From an uncultured Clostridia bacterium (GTDB lineage: Bacteria; Bacillota; Clostridia; UBA1381), in the NCBI GenBank assembly GCA_947628155.1, contig CANQYQ010000001.1:1-59954 (forward strand): a DNA stretch of 59,954 nucleotides. The letters are read 5' to 3'. This document shows, piece after piece, positions 37,476 to 44,785 of this stretch. The translations under genes and the position numbers were made by a program. Every line of letters begins with the position of its first letter. The first letter of the stretch is position 1. The notes under the pieces are model-generated. The model had not been told where the DNA came from. It did not search any database and saw only the letters and a program-made list of their open reading frames with translations.

Positions 37476-37930
37476 AACGCCCGCCGTATACGAAATCAAT
37501 CACTTGCGCCCCTTGTTAAAGGGGGAGGCTAACGCCCGCCGTATGCGATTTTCGCTCACGGGAACGCTCTGCTTGCGCCCCTTGTTAAAGGGGAGGCTAA
37601 CGACCGCCATGTGCAATTTCGCTCACGGGGACGCTCTGCTTGCGCCCCTTGTTAAAGGGGAGAGGGCCAACGAAGTTGGCGAGGGGATTCCGCAATCACA
37701 CCAAATCGCTGCAATATGCGATATTTTGCAAAAATGAATCCCTCCGTCATTTGCTCCCTGCGGTCGCAAATGCCACCTCCCTTTGACAAGGGAGGCTAAC
37801 ACTCGCCGTATGCGAAATCACTCACGGGGACGCTCTGCTTACGCCCCTTGTTAAAGGGGAGGCTAACGCCCGCCGTATTCCATATCGTGTTACGGAACAC
37901 GGGCGGCCGATGGCCGCCCCTACGGTGTTT
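37476..37930. repeat. mosaic intergenic repeat cluster inside the cob supra-operon (same family as 19641-20076)
   Basis: Four copies of a 60-70-bp unit, TTGCGCCCCTTGTTAAAGGGGAGGCTAACGCCCGCCGTATGCGA...CTCACGGGGACGCTCTGC, start at 37504, 37573, 37640 and 37849. One MITE-like unit (about 37640-37798) carries the GGGGATTCCGCAAT...GAATCCCTCC core. The terminal hairpin GGGCGGCCGATGGCCGCCC is the reverse complement of 19856-19876. Confidence 0.8.
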
Positions 37931-37960
37931 CCCATACGCAAAAGCGCGGCAAACTAAAAT

Positions 37961-38860
37961 CTATTTCCCCGACGCGGCGATTGCGTCGGCGACATGGTTT
38001 ACATAAATCGTCTGAATTTCCGGAAATTCGCCCATACCGCTCAATACGCATTCAACATCGAAGCCGGCCTTTTCAAACTCAGTTTTCCAGGAGCCGTCCT
38101 CGTCGCCGGCCATATCGTTATTGGCATGGTCGCCGGCGACGACCATGAGCGGTTCAAGCACAACCTTTTTATAGCCTCCGGCCTTTACTGCCGCTATCGT
38201 ATCTTCAAGCGTCGGAGTCGATTCGACCGTGCCGATAAAATAATTGCTTTGGCCCTTGCCGGTAAACTCTTGCTGAAGCTTTGTATATGCCTCATTCGCT
38301 TCATGCTCCGTGCCGTGACCCATAAATACGATTGCCGTTCCGTCTGAATTATACTGTGATGTTTCGGCAGTGAGCGCGTCCGCGACCGCGCTGTAGTCCT
38401 TATCGGAGGACAGGAGCGGTTTGCCCATAACGATCGTGTCGAATGAATCCTTGTACGAATCCGCCGCGGCCGCCAAATCATCATATTCAAATCCGCTCAT
38501 AACATGCGTCGGCTGAACGACGACGTCCTTAACCCCATCGGCGGCAAGTCTGTCGAACGCCTCCTCAACATTGTCAATCTCGAGCCCGTCGCGCTCCTTC
38601 AGCTTGTCGATTATGATTTGACTTGTAAACGCGCGGCGGACGTCATAGTCGGGGTACGCGTCCGAGATTGCGTTTTCAACGGCGCCGATGGTTTTATCGC
38701 GGCTGTCGTTATAGCTTGTGCCGAAGCTTACGACGAGAATAGCGGGTTTTTCACCGCCCGCCTCGGCGCCGGGATCATCGGCTGTTTGCTGCCCGCCGCA
38801 GCCCGATAATGCAAGCGCTCCCAAAAGAACGGAGCAGATAAGTAATTTCTTGGTTTTCAT
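37961..38860 (-). CDS. cbiK: CbiK-type sirohydrochlorin cobaltochelatase homolog with a lipoprotein signal peptide (extracytoplasmic)
   Basis: MKTKKLLICSVLLGALALSGC is a lipobox, followed by a low-complexity linker. The CbiK fold signatures are ILVVSFGTSY, VVQPTHVMSGFEY, FMGHGTEH and LMVVAGDHANND. Both catalytic-type His residues are present. Confidence 0.85.
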   Translation of the reverse strand: MKTKKLLICSVLLGALALSGCGGQQTADDPGAEAGGEKPAILVVSFGTSYNDSRDKTIGAVENAISDAYPDYDVRRAFTSQIIIDKLKERDGLEIDNVEEAFDRLAADGVKDVVVQPTHVMSGFEYDDLAAAADSYKDSFDTIVMGKPLLSSDKDYSAVADALTAETSQYNSDGTAIVFMGHGTEHEANEAYTKLQQEFTGKGQSNYFIGTVESTPTLEDTIAAVKAGGYKKVVLEPLMVVAGDHANNDMAGDEDGSWKTEFEKAGFDVECVLSGMGEFPEIQTIYVNHVADAIAASGK

Positions 38861-38875
38861 AATAATGTCTCCTTT

Positions 38876-39628
38876 TTAATTTTTAAAATATTGTGCGTAC
38901 AAATCACGCGGCAGGCCGAATAATCCGCATAAAACATCGGGAGTGAAAATATCCGGCGGCGCGCCCGCCTTGAATATTCCGCCGTTTTTTATACAAATTG
39001 TATAATCGGAAATTATCCTTGCCATGTCAAGCTCATGTATTGATACGACCGCCGCGATTTTTTCATCATTCACAAGCGCGCGGAGCGTTTCCAGAAACGC
39101 GATTTTGTGGTGAATGTCAAGATATGAGGTCGGTTCGTCGAGAAGCAGGATCTTCGGTTCTTGACATATCGCTTTCGCGAGCATCACCCTTTGCCGCTGC
39201 CCGTCGCTTATTTGCGAAAAATCCGTGTCCGCAAAGTCTGCGGTTTCGGTTGCAAAAATCGCTTTATCGACAGCGCGTTTATCGTTTTGTGTAAGCCGCC
39301 CCAGCCGTCCCGTGTGCGGATAGCGTCCCGTTTCCACAACCTCACGGCAGGTCATAAGCTCCGCTCCGACACGCTCCGTAAGCATCACGGCAAGCTGCTT
39401 GGCGCGCTCGTTCGGCGTGATGCGTTCCGCGCCGCGTCCGTTAATAAGCACCGTTCCGCCGCGTTTTTTTAGCGTTCCGGCAAGCGTTTTTAAGAGAGTG
39501 GATTTGCCCGAGCCGTTAGGCCCGATAACAGTCATTATTTCGCCGCCGTCTACGCTGAAGGAAATATGCGACGCGACTGTGTGAGAATAGCCGATCGCTA
39601 AATCCCGAACCTCAAGATATTTTGTTAT
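38876..39628 (-). CDS. ABC transporter ATP-binding protein (FepC/BtuD-type) with an apparent non-canonical ATA start
   Basis: Walker A GPNGSGKST, signature ISDGQRQR, Walker B ILLLDEPTSYLD. The reading frame is open back to 39628, and the N-terminal ITKYLEVRDLAIGYSH...ISFSVDGGEIM segment is required for an NBD. The only in-frame ATG (39535) sits just before Walker A. AGGAGGG lies 6 nt upstream of ATA 39628. Confidence 0.75.
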   Translation of the reverse strand: MTKYLEVRDLAIGYSHTVASHISFSVDGGEIMTVIGPNGSGKSTLLKTLAGTLKKRGGTVLINGRGAERITPNERAKQLAVMLTERVGAELMTCREVVETGRYPHTGRLGRLTQNDKRAVDKAIFATETADFADTDFSQISDGQRQRVMLAKAICQEPKILLLDEPTSYLDIHHKIAFLETLRALVNDEKIAAVVSIHELDMARIISDYTICIKNGGIFKAGAPPDIFTPDVLCGLFGLPRDLYAQYFKN

Positions 39629-40629
39629 ACTCTATCCCTCCTTTGTCTGAGCATGGCGGCGATCACCGCCGGCGCTCCGAAAATTGCCGTGACCGTGCTT
39701 ATACTAAGCTCCGTCGGCGCGAATGCCGTCCGAGATATTAAATCGCACAGCATACAGAATACGCTGCCGCCCAAGAAGCACGACGGTATGAGAACGACCG
39801 GCTTTGATGTTTTAAGCGCCGTCCTCACAATGTGCGGCACTGCTATGCCGACGAATGAAATCGGCCCGGCGAACGCCGTAACGCATGCCGACAGCAGTCC
39901 GGAAAGAAGTATAAGCGCGGCGCGGAGCGGCTTGATTCTTACGCCTAAATTTTGCGCGTAGCTTTCTCCCAGACGATATGCGCCTATCGGTTTTGCCAAA
40001 AGTAGCGTGAGCGCCAATCCGGACGCCGTGACGACGGCGCTCGCCCGTACATTGTCCATATTCATGCCGGAAAACGTGCCCAGCGACCAGCTGCGAAGAT
40101 TGACTATATCGGAATCCGCCGCGAAGGTTACGACGAAATCGGTCATCGCCGAGCAAATATAGCCTATCATTACGCCGCATACCACAAGCGTTGACATTGA
40201 GCCGACGCTGCGTGATACCGTAAGCACCAATGCCAGTGACGCGAGAGAGCCGATAAACGCGGCGCTTATTAACGCGCCCGATGTGAGCGCGGCGCGGCTT
40301 TCAGCCGCCGCGACCATTATAAGCGCGACAGTGAGCTTCGCGCCGGAGGATACGCCGAGCACAAACGGTCCGGCTATGGGGTTACGGAAGAACGTCTGCA
40401 AAAGATATCCGGACAGGGACAGCGCCCCGCCCAATATAAGCGCGGCCATTGCGCGCGGCACGCGGATCTTCATAATTATATCCGACGCGGTATCCGCGCC
40501 GCCGCGAAATAATATTTTTAATGCTTCCGCCGGTGATATGTCCGCGCCGCCTATCGTGAGATTTAGATACAGCGCGGCCAGCAGGGCGGCGCTTAACACT
40601 GTAAATACGGCGGCGTATCTTAGCTTCAT
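39625..40629 (-). CDS. FecCD-family ABC permease (BtuC-like)
   Basis: 334-aa polytopic protein with a typical FecCD pattern (...RVPR..AALILGGALSLSG...QTFFRNPIAGP...GPISFVGIAVPHI.R). Confidence 0.9.
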   Translation of the reverse strand: MKLRYAAVFTVLSAALLAALYLNLTIGGADISPAEALKILFRGGADTASDIIMKIRVPRAMAALILGGALSLSGYLLQTFFRNPIAGPFVLGVSSGAKLTVALIMVAAAESRAALTSGALISAAFIGSLASLALVLTVSRSVGSMSTLVVCGVMIGYICSAMTDFVVTFAADSDIVNLRSWSLGTFSGMNMDNVRASAVVTASGLALTLLLAKPIGAYRLGESYAQNLGVRIKPLRAALILLSGLLSACVTAFAGPISFVGIAVPHIVRTALKTSKPVVLIPSCFLGGSVFCMLCDLISRTAFAPTELSISTVTAIFGAPAVIAAMLRQRRDRV

Positions 40630-41792
40630 TTGACATCGCTCCTCTCAAGCCGAAACAGATATACGGGCGGATGACTTTCGGTATCGCCGGCGAAGACCGC
40701 GCGAAGATCCTCCAATACCGCGCCGAGATCCATCGTTTCCTGATACAGACTTTCGCGGGTGCACCATACATCCCCGGTACGGACGGCTTTGAAATCCGCG
40801 AGAAGCTCATTTTTCGCAATCATTTCATCAATTGAGTGCACCTCGCCGCCTATTGTGCTGTTGTATATTATAATATCCGCGTCCTTGGCCGTTTTGTAAA
40901 ATTCCTCCGGCTCAAGCTTGATAGTGGATAACCGGTCGTCGTTTTCGAGATGGGTAAATACATTGCGGCCGCCCGCCATTTCCATCATCCGTGATACGTA
41001 GTCGCTTGATTTGCGGGTCACGGCTTGTCCGCTGCCGTTTATGTAAAAGAACGCGGCGGTTTTTCCGGTGTCGGCGCACGACGCCGCCTCAAGCCGCTCC
41101 GCCTGTTCCTTCATCAGTATATCGGCCTTATCCGCCTCGTCTAAAATTTCGGCATATACGCGGATCCACTCGCTTCGCCCGAGCGGGTGCGTTTCGTAGC
41201 TTGAATAATCGGTGAGCACGGTTATCCCCAAATCCTCCAGCTTCTCCTTTACATCGGGCGCGTAGTCGATCATTGTGGACTGTATCGATAAATCACAGCC
41301 GTTTGTAAGCAGCATTTCGTAATCCGGCGCGCTGTAATTGCCGGCGTAGAGCATATCGCCGCTCTCCATCGCCCTTCGCGCGTAATCGATGTACCATTCG
41401 TCCGCCTCGGAACCGGAAAATTTAATCGCATTGCCGCGCCCGAGCGAGTCGAACAAATCCATTGCGGCGGTGGCGGCAAGGTATATATTGCCTATCGGAC
41501 GATTGATTATTTTTATGTCATCGTCGATCCCGTCCGGCGCGCCCGCGCCCTCGGGAACAATTAAGAACCGATCTCCGTTCCCGATATAGATCATGGAATA
41601 TCCTTCATCGCAGCGGTCAATTGTAAATTGCTCCGCATATGCCGTACAGACTCGTTCGGTAAATCGTATGCCGTCAATTTCATAAGGGATTTCGGGAACT
41701 CCGCGTTTCGGCGCGCATCCAAATAAGGTCATTATGCCGAATATGAGCGCGGCTTTGCATAATAAAGCCGCCGTTGTTTTTATTATTTTCAT
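40626..41792 (-). CDS. ABC substrate-binding lipoprotein (class III periplasmic-binding fold, BtuF/FhuD-like)
   Basis: Start set at ATG 41792 (ATGA overlap with the upstream stop). Signal/lipobox MKIIKTTAALLCKAALIFGIMTLFGC. Its position upstream of the FecCD permease and ATPase fits this role. Confidence 0.85.
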   Translation of the reverse strand: MKIIKTTAALLCKAALIFGIMTLFGCAPKRGVPEIPYEIDGIRFTERVCTAYAEQFTIDRCDEGYSMIYIGNGDRFLIVPEGAGAPDGIDDDIKIINRPIGNIYLAATAAMDLFDSLGRGNAIKFSGSEADEWYIDYARRAMESGDMLYAGNYSAPDYEMLLTNGCDLSIQSTMIDYAPDVKEKLEDLGITVLTDYSSYETHPLGRSEWIRVYAEILDEADKADILMKEQAERLEAASCADTGKTAAFFYINGSGQAVTRKSSDYVSRMMEMAGGRNVFTHLENDDRLSTIKLEPEEFYKTAKDADIIIYNSTIGGEVHSIDEMIAKNELLADFKAVRTGDVWCTRESLYQETMDLGAVLEDLRAVFAGDTESHPPVYLFRLERSDVK

Positions 41793-42211
41793 TTTGAGCG
41801 TCTCCGTTTCATCCAAACCGCGGCTGCCGCGATAATTACGGCCGCCGAAATCCCGCCGATAAGAATGACGTTCGGCGCGGTATCCGCGGCCTTGATCGAG
41901 GCGCTGTCGAACCGAAGCGAATATTCAATCATATGCGGCTCGCTCATAGCCGTTGTTTCGGCGAGCACGGGAATATCCGTATCCGCCGCCGGGATCTCCA
42001 CCTTAAACCGCGAATTTCCGCCCGTATTTATGGGATAATATCCGTGCCCGTCTATTTCCATATAATCATAATTCGGGCTGCTCCATTCAATCACGGCGGC
42101 CGCGCGGCCGTCCTTGATTTCCATATCCGCGGGAGATTTTATTTGTGCCCTTCCGCTGCCGCCGGTCAGTGTTACATCAATTGTATAGCTGCCGTCCGCT
42201 GAATTTTCCAT
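41789..42211 (-). CDS. hypothetical C-terminally membrane-anchored protein, first gene after the B12 riboswitch (paralog of 36853-37395)
   Basis: Start set at ATG 42211 (RBS GGAGGA). MENSADGSYTIDVTLTGGSG... has no recognisable signal peptide. C-terminal TM VILIGGISAAVIIAAAAVW plus a basic tail MKRRRSK. Confidence 0.6.
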   Translation of the reverse strand: MENSADGSYTIDVTLTGGSGRAQIKSPADMEIKDGRAAAVIEWSSPNYDYMEIDGHGYYPINTGGNSRFKVEIPAADTDIPVLAETTAMSEPHMIEYSLRFDSASIKAADTAPNVILIGGISAAVIIAAAAVWMKRRRSK

Positions 42212-42270
42212 AATATGATCCTCCAAAATAAAAACGCCTTTACCATAAGTAAAAGCGCAGCAAAAAACAC

Positions 42271-42300
42271 ATCCGCGAAATACGGATTTTTCCGGGTGTA
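42271..42300 (-). terminator. candidate riboswitch expression-platform terminator
   Basis: On the minus strand: AAAAATCCG-tatttcg-CGGAT-gtg-TTTTTT, between the B12 box and the first start codon. Confidence 0.45.
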
Positions 42301-42321
42301 CCGCCAATTACTCGTGGCTTT

Positions 42322-42520
42322 TTTCGTACCGAACAAAGGGCAGGTCTCCCGGCTCATACATCAGGCGTTTCAAAAGAGCCTTCCCGGTTTTACCCAGTGG
42401 CGTAATTCTCCGAAACTACGTAATCACGGTGACGAGTTCGCGCGGGATTTTCACCCGCTTCCCTTTTCACCTGAACCAACTCCGGAAACTCCGGAATCTC
42501 AGGCACCCTTCGTCATTATT
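42322..42520 (-). promoter_or_regulatory. cobalamin (B12) riboswitch
   Basis: The minus strand reads ...GGTTCAGGTGAAAAGGGAAGCGGGTGAAAATCCCGCGC...GCCACTGGGTAAAACCGGGAAGGC...GAGCCGGGAGACCTGCC. These are the conserved GGUGAAAAGGGAA / GUGAAAAUCC core and a B12 box (AGCCGGGAGACCTGCC). Confidence 0.88.
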
Positions 42521-42533
42521 TAATTGTGAATGT

Positions 42534-42562
42534 ATTATACCACACGATCCGAAAATTGTCAA
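42534..42562 (-). promoter_or_regulatory. consensus sigma-A promoter driving the riboswitch and cob supra-operon
   Basis: On the minus strand: TTGACA (42562-42557), a 17-nt spacer, TATAAT (42539-42534). Confidence 0.65.
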
Positions 42563-42577
42563 TGATTTCCGCGCATG

Positions 42578-42597
42578 AAAAAAGAGCGCTGCCGCTC
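42578..42597 (-). terminator. weak candidate terminator after spo0A
   Basis: On the minus strand: GAGCG-gcag-CGCTC followed by TTTTTT, about 50 nt after the spo0A stop. Confidence 0.4.
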
Positions 42598-42646
42598 CTC
42601 TTTCATACTTATATTTAATCTTGGCGCCGGGGGATTCCTCATTGTT

Positions 42647-43420
42647 TTACTTAATCTGTAATCTAATACGGTCGGCCACCATAGCGATGAACTCCGAATT
42701 TGTAGGCTTTCCCTTACCGGTATGGATGGTGTACCCGAATATTTCGTTCATAGTCTCAGGCTTGCCTCTGCTCCACGCAACCTCAATAGAATGGCGGATG
42801 GCTCGTTCAACGCGGCTTGCGGTCGTATTATAAGCCTTTGCGATATCGGGGTAAAGCTGTTTGGTGATGAAATTCAGCAGATCCATATTTTCCACAACCA
42901 TCATAATCGCGCTGCGGATGTACTGATATCCTTTGATGTGTGCGGGAACTCCGAGTTCATGGATGAATTCCGTTACAATAGTCTCAAGGTCGTAGTCCTT
43001 ATTTTGGGGCAGGGCCTCAGGGACGCTTGCTTTTGACGGCTTTACCGCATGCGTGAATTCACGGATCGTGTCGCACACTCTTTCGGGTGACTGAGGCTTT
43101 AACAGGTAATAATCAGCGCCGAGGTTAAGCATAGTCTCAACCGTTCTTACAAGCGTTGAAATCGAATATACTATAACGATTGGTTTTTTCGGAAATTCCG
43201 CTGTTCGGAGACGTTTTAATACGCCTATCCCGTCAAGCTCCGGCATTACCATATCAAGTATCAAAACATCCGGCTCGATTTCCTTGATACGCGCTAACGC
43301 TTCATTCCCGTTTTCGGCTGTCGTAACTTCCATATCGGGCTGTGCGCCGATATACTCAGACAGCTCTTTTGTCAGTTCCCGGTTGTCATCTGCGACTAAT
43401 ACAGATATTAAGTTATTCAT
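42647..43420 (-). CDS. spo0A: sporulation master regulator Spo0A
   Basis: Receiver domain (VLVADDN...[14 protein letters not shown]). The Spo0A-specific C-terminal DNA-binding domain has [19 protein letters not shown] and [15 protein letters not shown]. Confidence 0.95.
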   Translation of the reverse strand: MNNLISVLVADDNRELTKELSEYIGAQPDMEVTTAENGNEALARIKEIEPDVLILDMVMPELDGIGVLKRLRTAEFPKKPIVIVYSISTLVRTVETMLNLGADYYLLKPQSPERVCDTIREFTHAVKPSKASVPEALPQNKDYDLETIVTEFIHELGVPAHIKGYQYIRSAIMMVVENMDLLNFITKQLYPDIAKAYNTTASRVERAIRHSIEVAWSRGKPETMNEIFGYTIHTGKGKPTNSEFIAMVADRIRLQIK

Positions 43421-43676
43421 GGATTTAATCCCCCTTTGATTTATTTATACAAGGAATTATTGACGGTTGTCCGCTAAATAATCCCTTAATATACAATATA
43501 TTACCATATAATGGAAATAAAATCAAGGGTTTTTGGAAAAAAATTCCATTTCGTGCAATTATTTGTGACTTTTTTGTCTTTATTCCTATTATATCACTTT
43601 AATGATATAATGCGGTAACAATATGACAACTTTACGCTTACATTTGGATTACGTAATTAATACAAAAAATGCGGAA

Positions 43677-43686
43677 TTTGTCGAAA
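43677..43686. promoter_or_regulatory. consensus Spo0A box upstream of spo0A
   Basis: TTTGTCGAAA contains the 0A-box core TGTCGAA. It lies about 260 nt upstream of the spo0A start, in the AT-rich leader region. Confidence 0.4.
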
Positions 43687-43783
43687 CAAGGCGAAGTACA
43701 TAAACCGCGGCCGCCGTTTTACCCGTCGGCGCTGTCCCCGCGAGGGCATGTTCCGCAGCCGTTTTTTAGCCGAGCGGCGGCGA

Positions 43784-44017
43784 TTAATTTGTCACCGTCA
43801 CCGGTACGCCAAACACTGCCGAGAGCGCCGCCTCCTCATGTTTTCGTACCCACTCGCGGCGGCTGACATTGCCGAACTTCTCATTGTCGAAATATTCGTC
43901 GATCGGTATCATCTGCGGCGCGATCCGCTCACTATACGTTTTTCCGTTCAAGTTTTCGGGTATTGATTTCACCCGTATGTACGCATTGACCGTATATTTC
44001 GTTTCTTTACGTGCCAT
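43784..44017 (-). CDS. small hypothetical protein (77 aa)
   Basis: Start set at ATG 44017, preceded by GGAGGTGG. The protein is MARKETKYTVNAYIRVKSIPENLNGKTYSERI.... No family was recognised. Confidence 0.5.
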   Translation of the reverse strand: MARKETKYTVNAYIRVKSIPENLNGKTYSERIAPQMIPIDEYFDNEKFGNVSRREWVRKHEEAALSAVFGVPVTVTN

Positions 44018-44283
44018 TCGCACCACCTCCGTTTTTATCCTATGCCCGGGCCGCATGGGCAAGCAGCAAAAGTAAAGCTGTGCATGTACTATTTTAATTT
44101 TGACATCAGTCTGATCCCATTTCCTTCATATTTTAAAATCTGCGGGAAATGCCGTTGATCCCCGCGTCGGCGTACCGCGCCGGACATCCGCTTTATCGGC
44201 ATAACGATCGATCTAAACCACGCCCGCACATGATAATAGGGAATTGTAATTGAAAAATATTTAAGAAAATTAAAAAAAAAGGG

Positions 44284-44364
44284 TTGACAAACAAATACGA
44301 CAGGTGTAATATATAGATAAAGCATATATGACAGATGTCGTATATGCAAATACGACGGTCGTAG
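44284..44364 (+). promoter_or_regulatory. promoter plus repeated ATACGAC/GTCGTAT operator-like half-sites upstream of the blaI-like gene
   Basis: TTGACA (44284-44289), 17 nt, TAATAT (44307-44312). ATACGAC occurs at 44295 and 44350, and GTCGTAT at 44337. Palindromes: GTCGTAT-atgcaa-ATACGAC and ATACGAC-g-GTCGTA. Confidence 0.55.
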
Positions 44365-44398
44365 GATATAGTGATCATGATTACAAGGAGGCAAAAAC

Positions 44399-44785
44399 GT
44401 GGAACACTTCAAAAAGCTGCCGGACGCGGAGCTTGAGATTATGAAGGTGGTCTGGCACAATGCCAACCCTATCGCGACGAGCGAAATAAAGCGCATAATC
44501 GACGCGGAGGGCATAAACCAATGGACGCAGTCAACGATGCAGACGCTTATAAACAGGCTTATCGGCAAAGGATTTTTAGCGAAAGACAAGCGCGGGAAGG
44601 AGTATATATATACCGCGCTTGTGAACGAAACGGAATATGCGGAGGTTGAAAACGAGTTATTCCTTAAAAAGATGTACGGGAACTCCGTCACAAGCTTCAT
44701 GCGCGCCCTTTTCGACAGCCGCAAAATAAGCGACGCTGACATTGACGAGCTGGAAAAGCTGTTTAAGGAAAAGAGAAATGACTGA
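44399..44785 (+). CDS. BlaI/MecI/CopY-family transcriptional repressor
   Basis: GTG start after AAGGAGG. LPDAELEIMKVVW......TSEI.......W...T..TLINRL..KGFL is a typical winged-helix penicillinase-repressor pattern. 128 aa. Confidence 0.9.
   Translation: MEHFKKLPDAELEIMKVVWHNANPIATSEIKRIIDAEGINQWTQSTMQTLINRLIGKGFLAKDKRGKEYIYTALVNETEYAEVENELFLKKMYGNSVTSFMRALFDSRKISDADIDELEKLFKEKRND

Noticed and set aside
37504-37900. A CRISPR array, suggested by regularly spaced CCCCTTGTTAAAGGGG-containing units.
   Set aside because: The 'spacers' between units are themselves conserved from copy to copy. The period varies (67-69 bp, with one large gap). The core is a palindrome shared with the MITE-like units at 19.6-20.1 kb. 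No cas genes are present.
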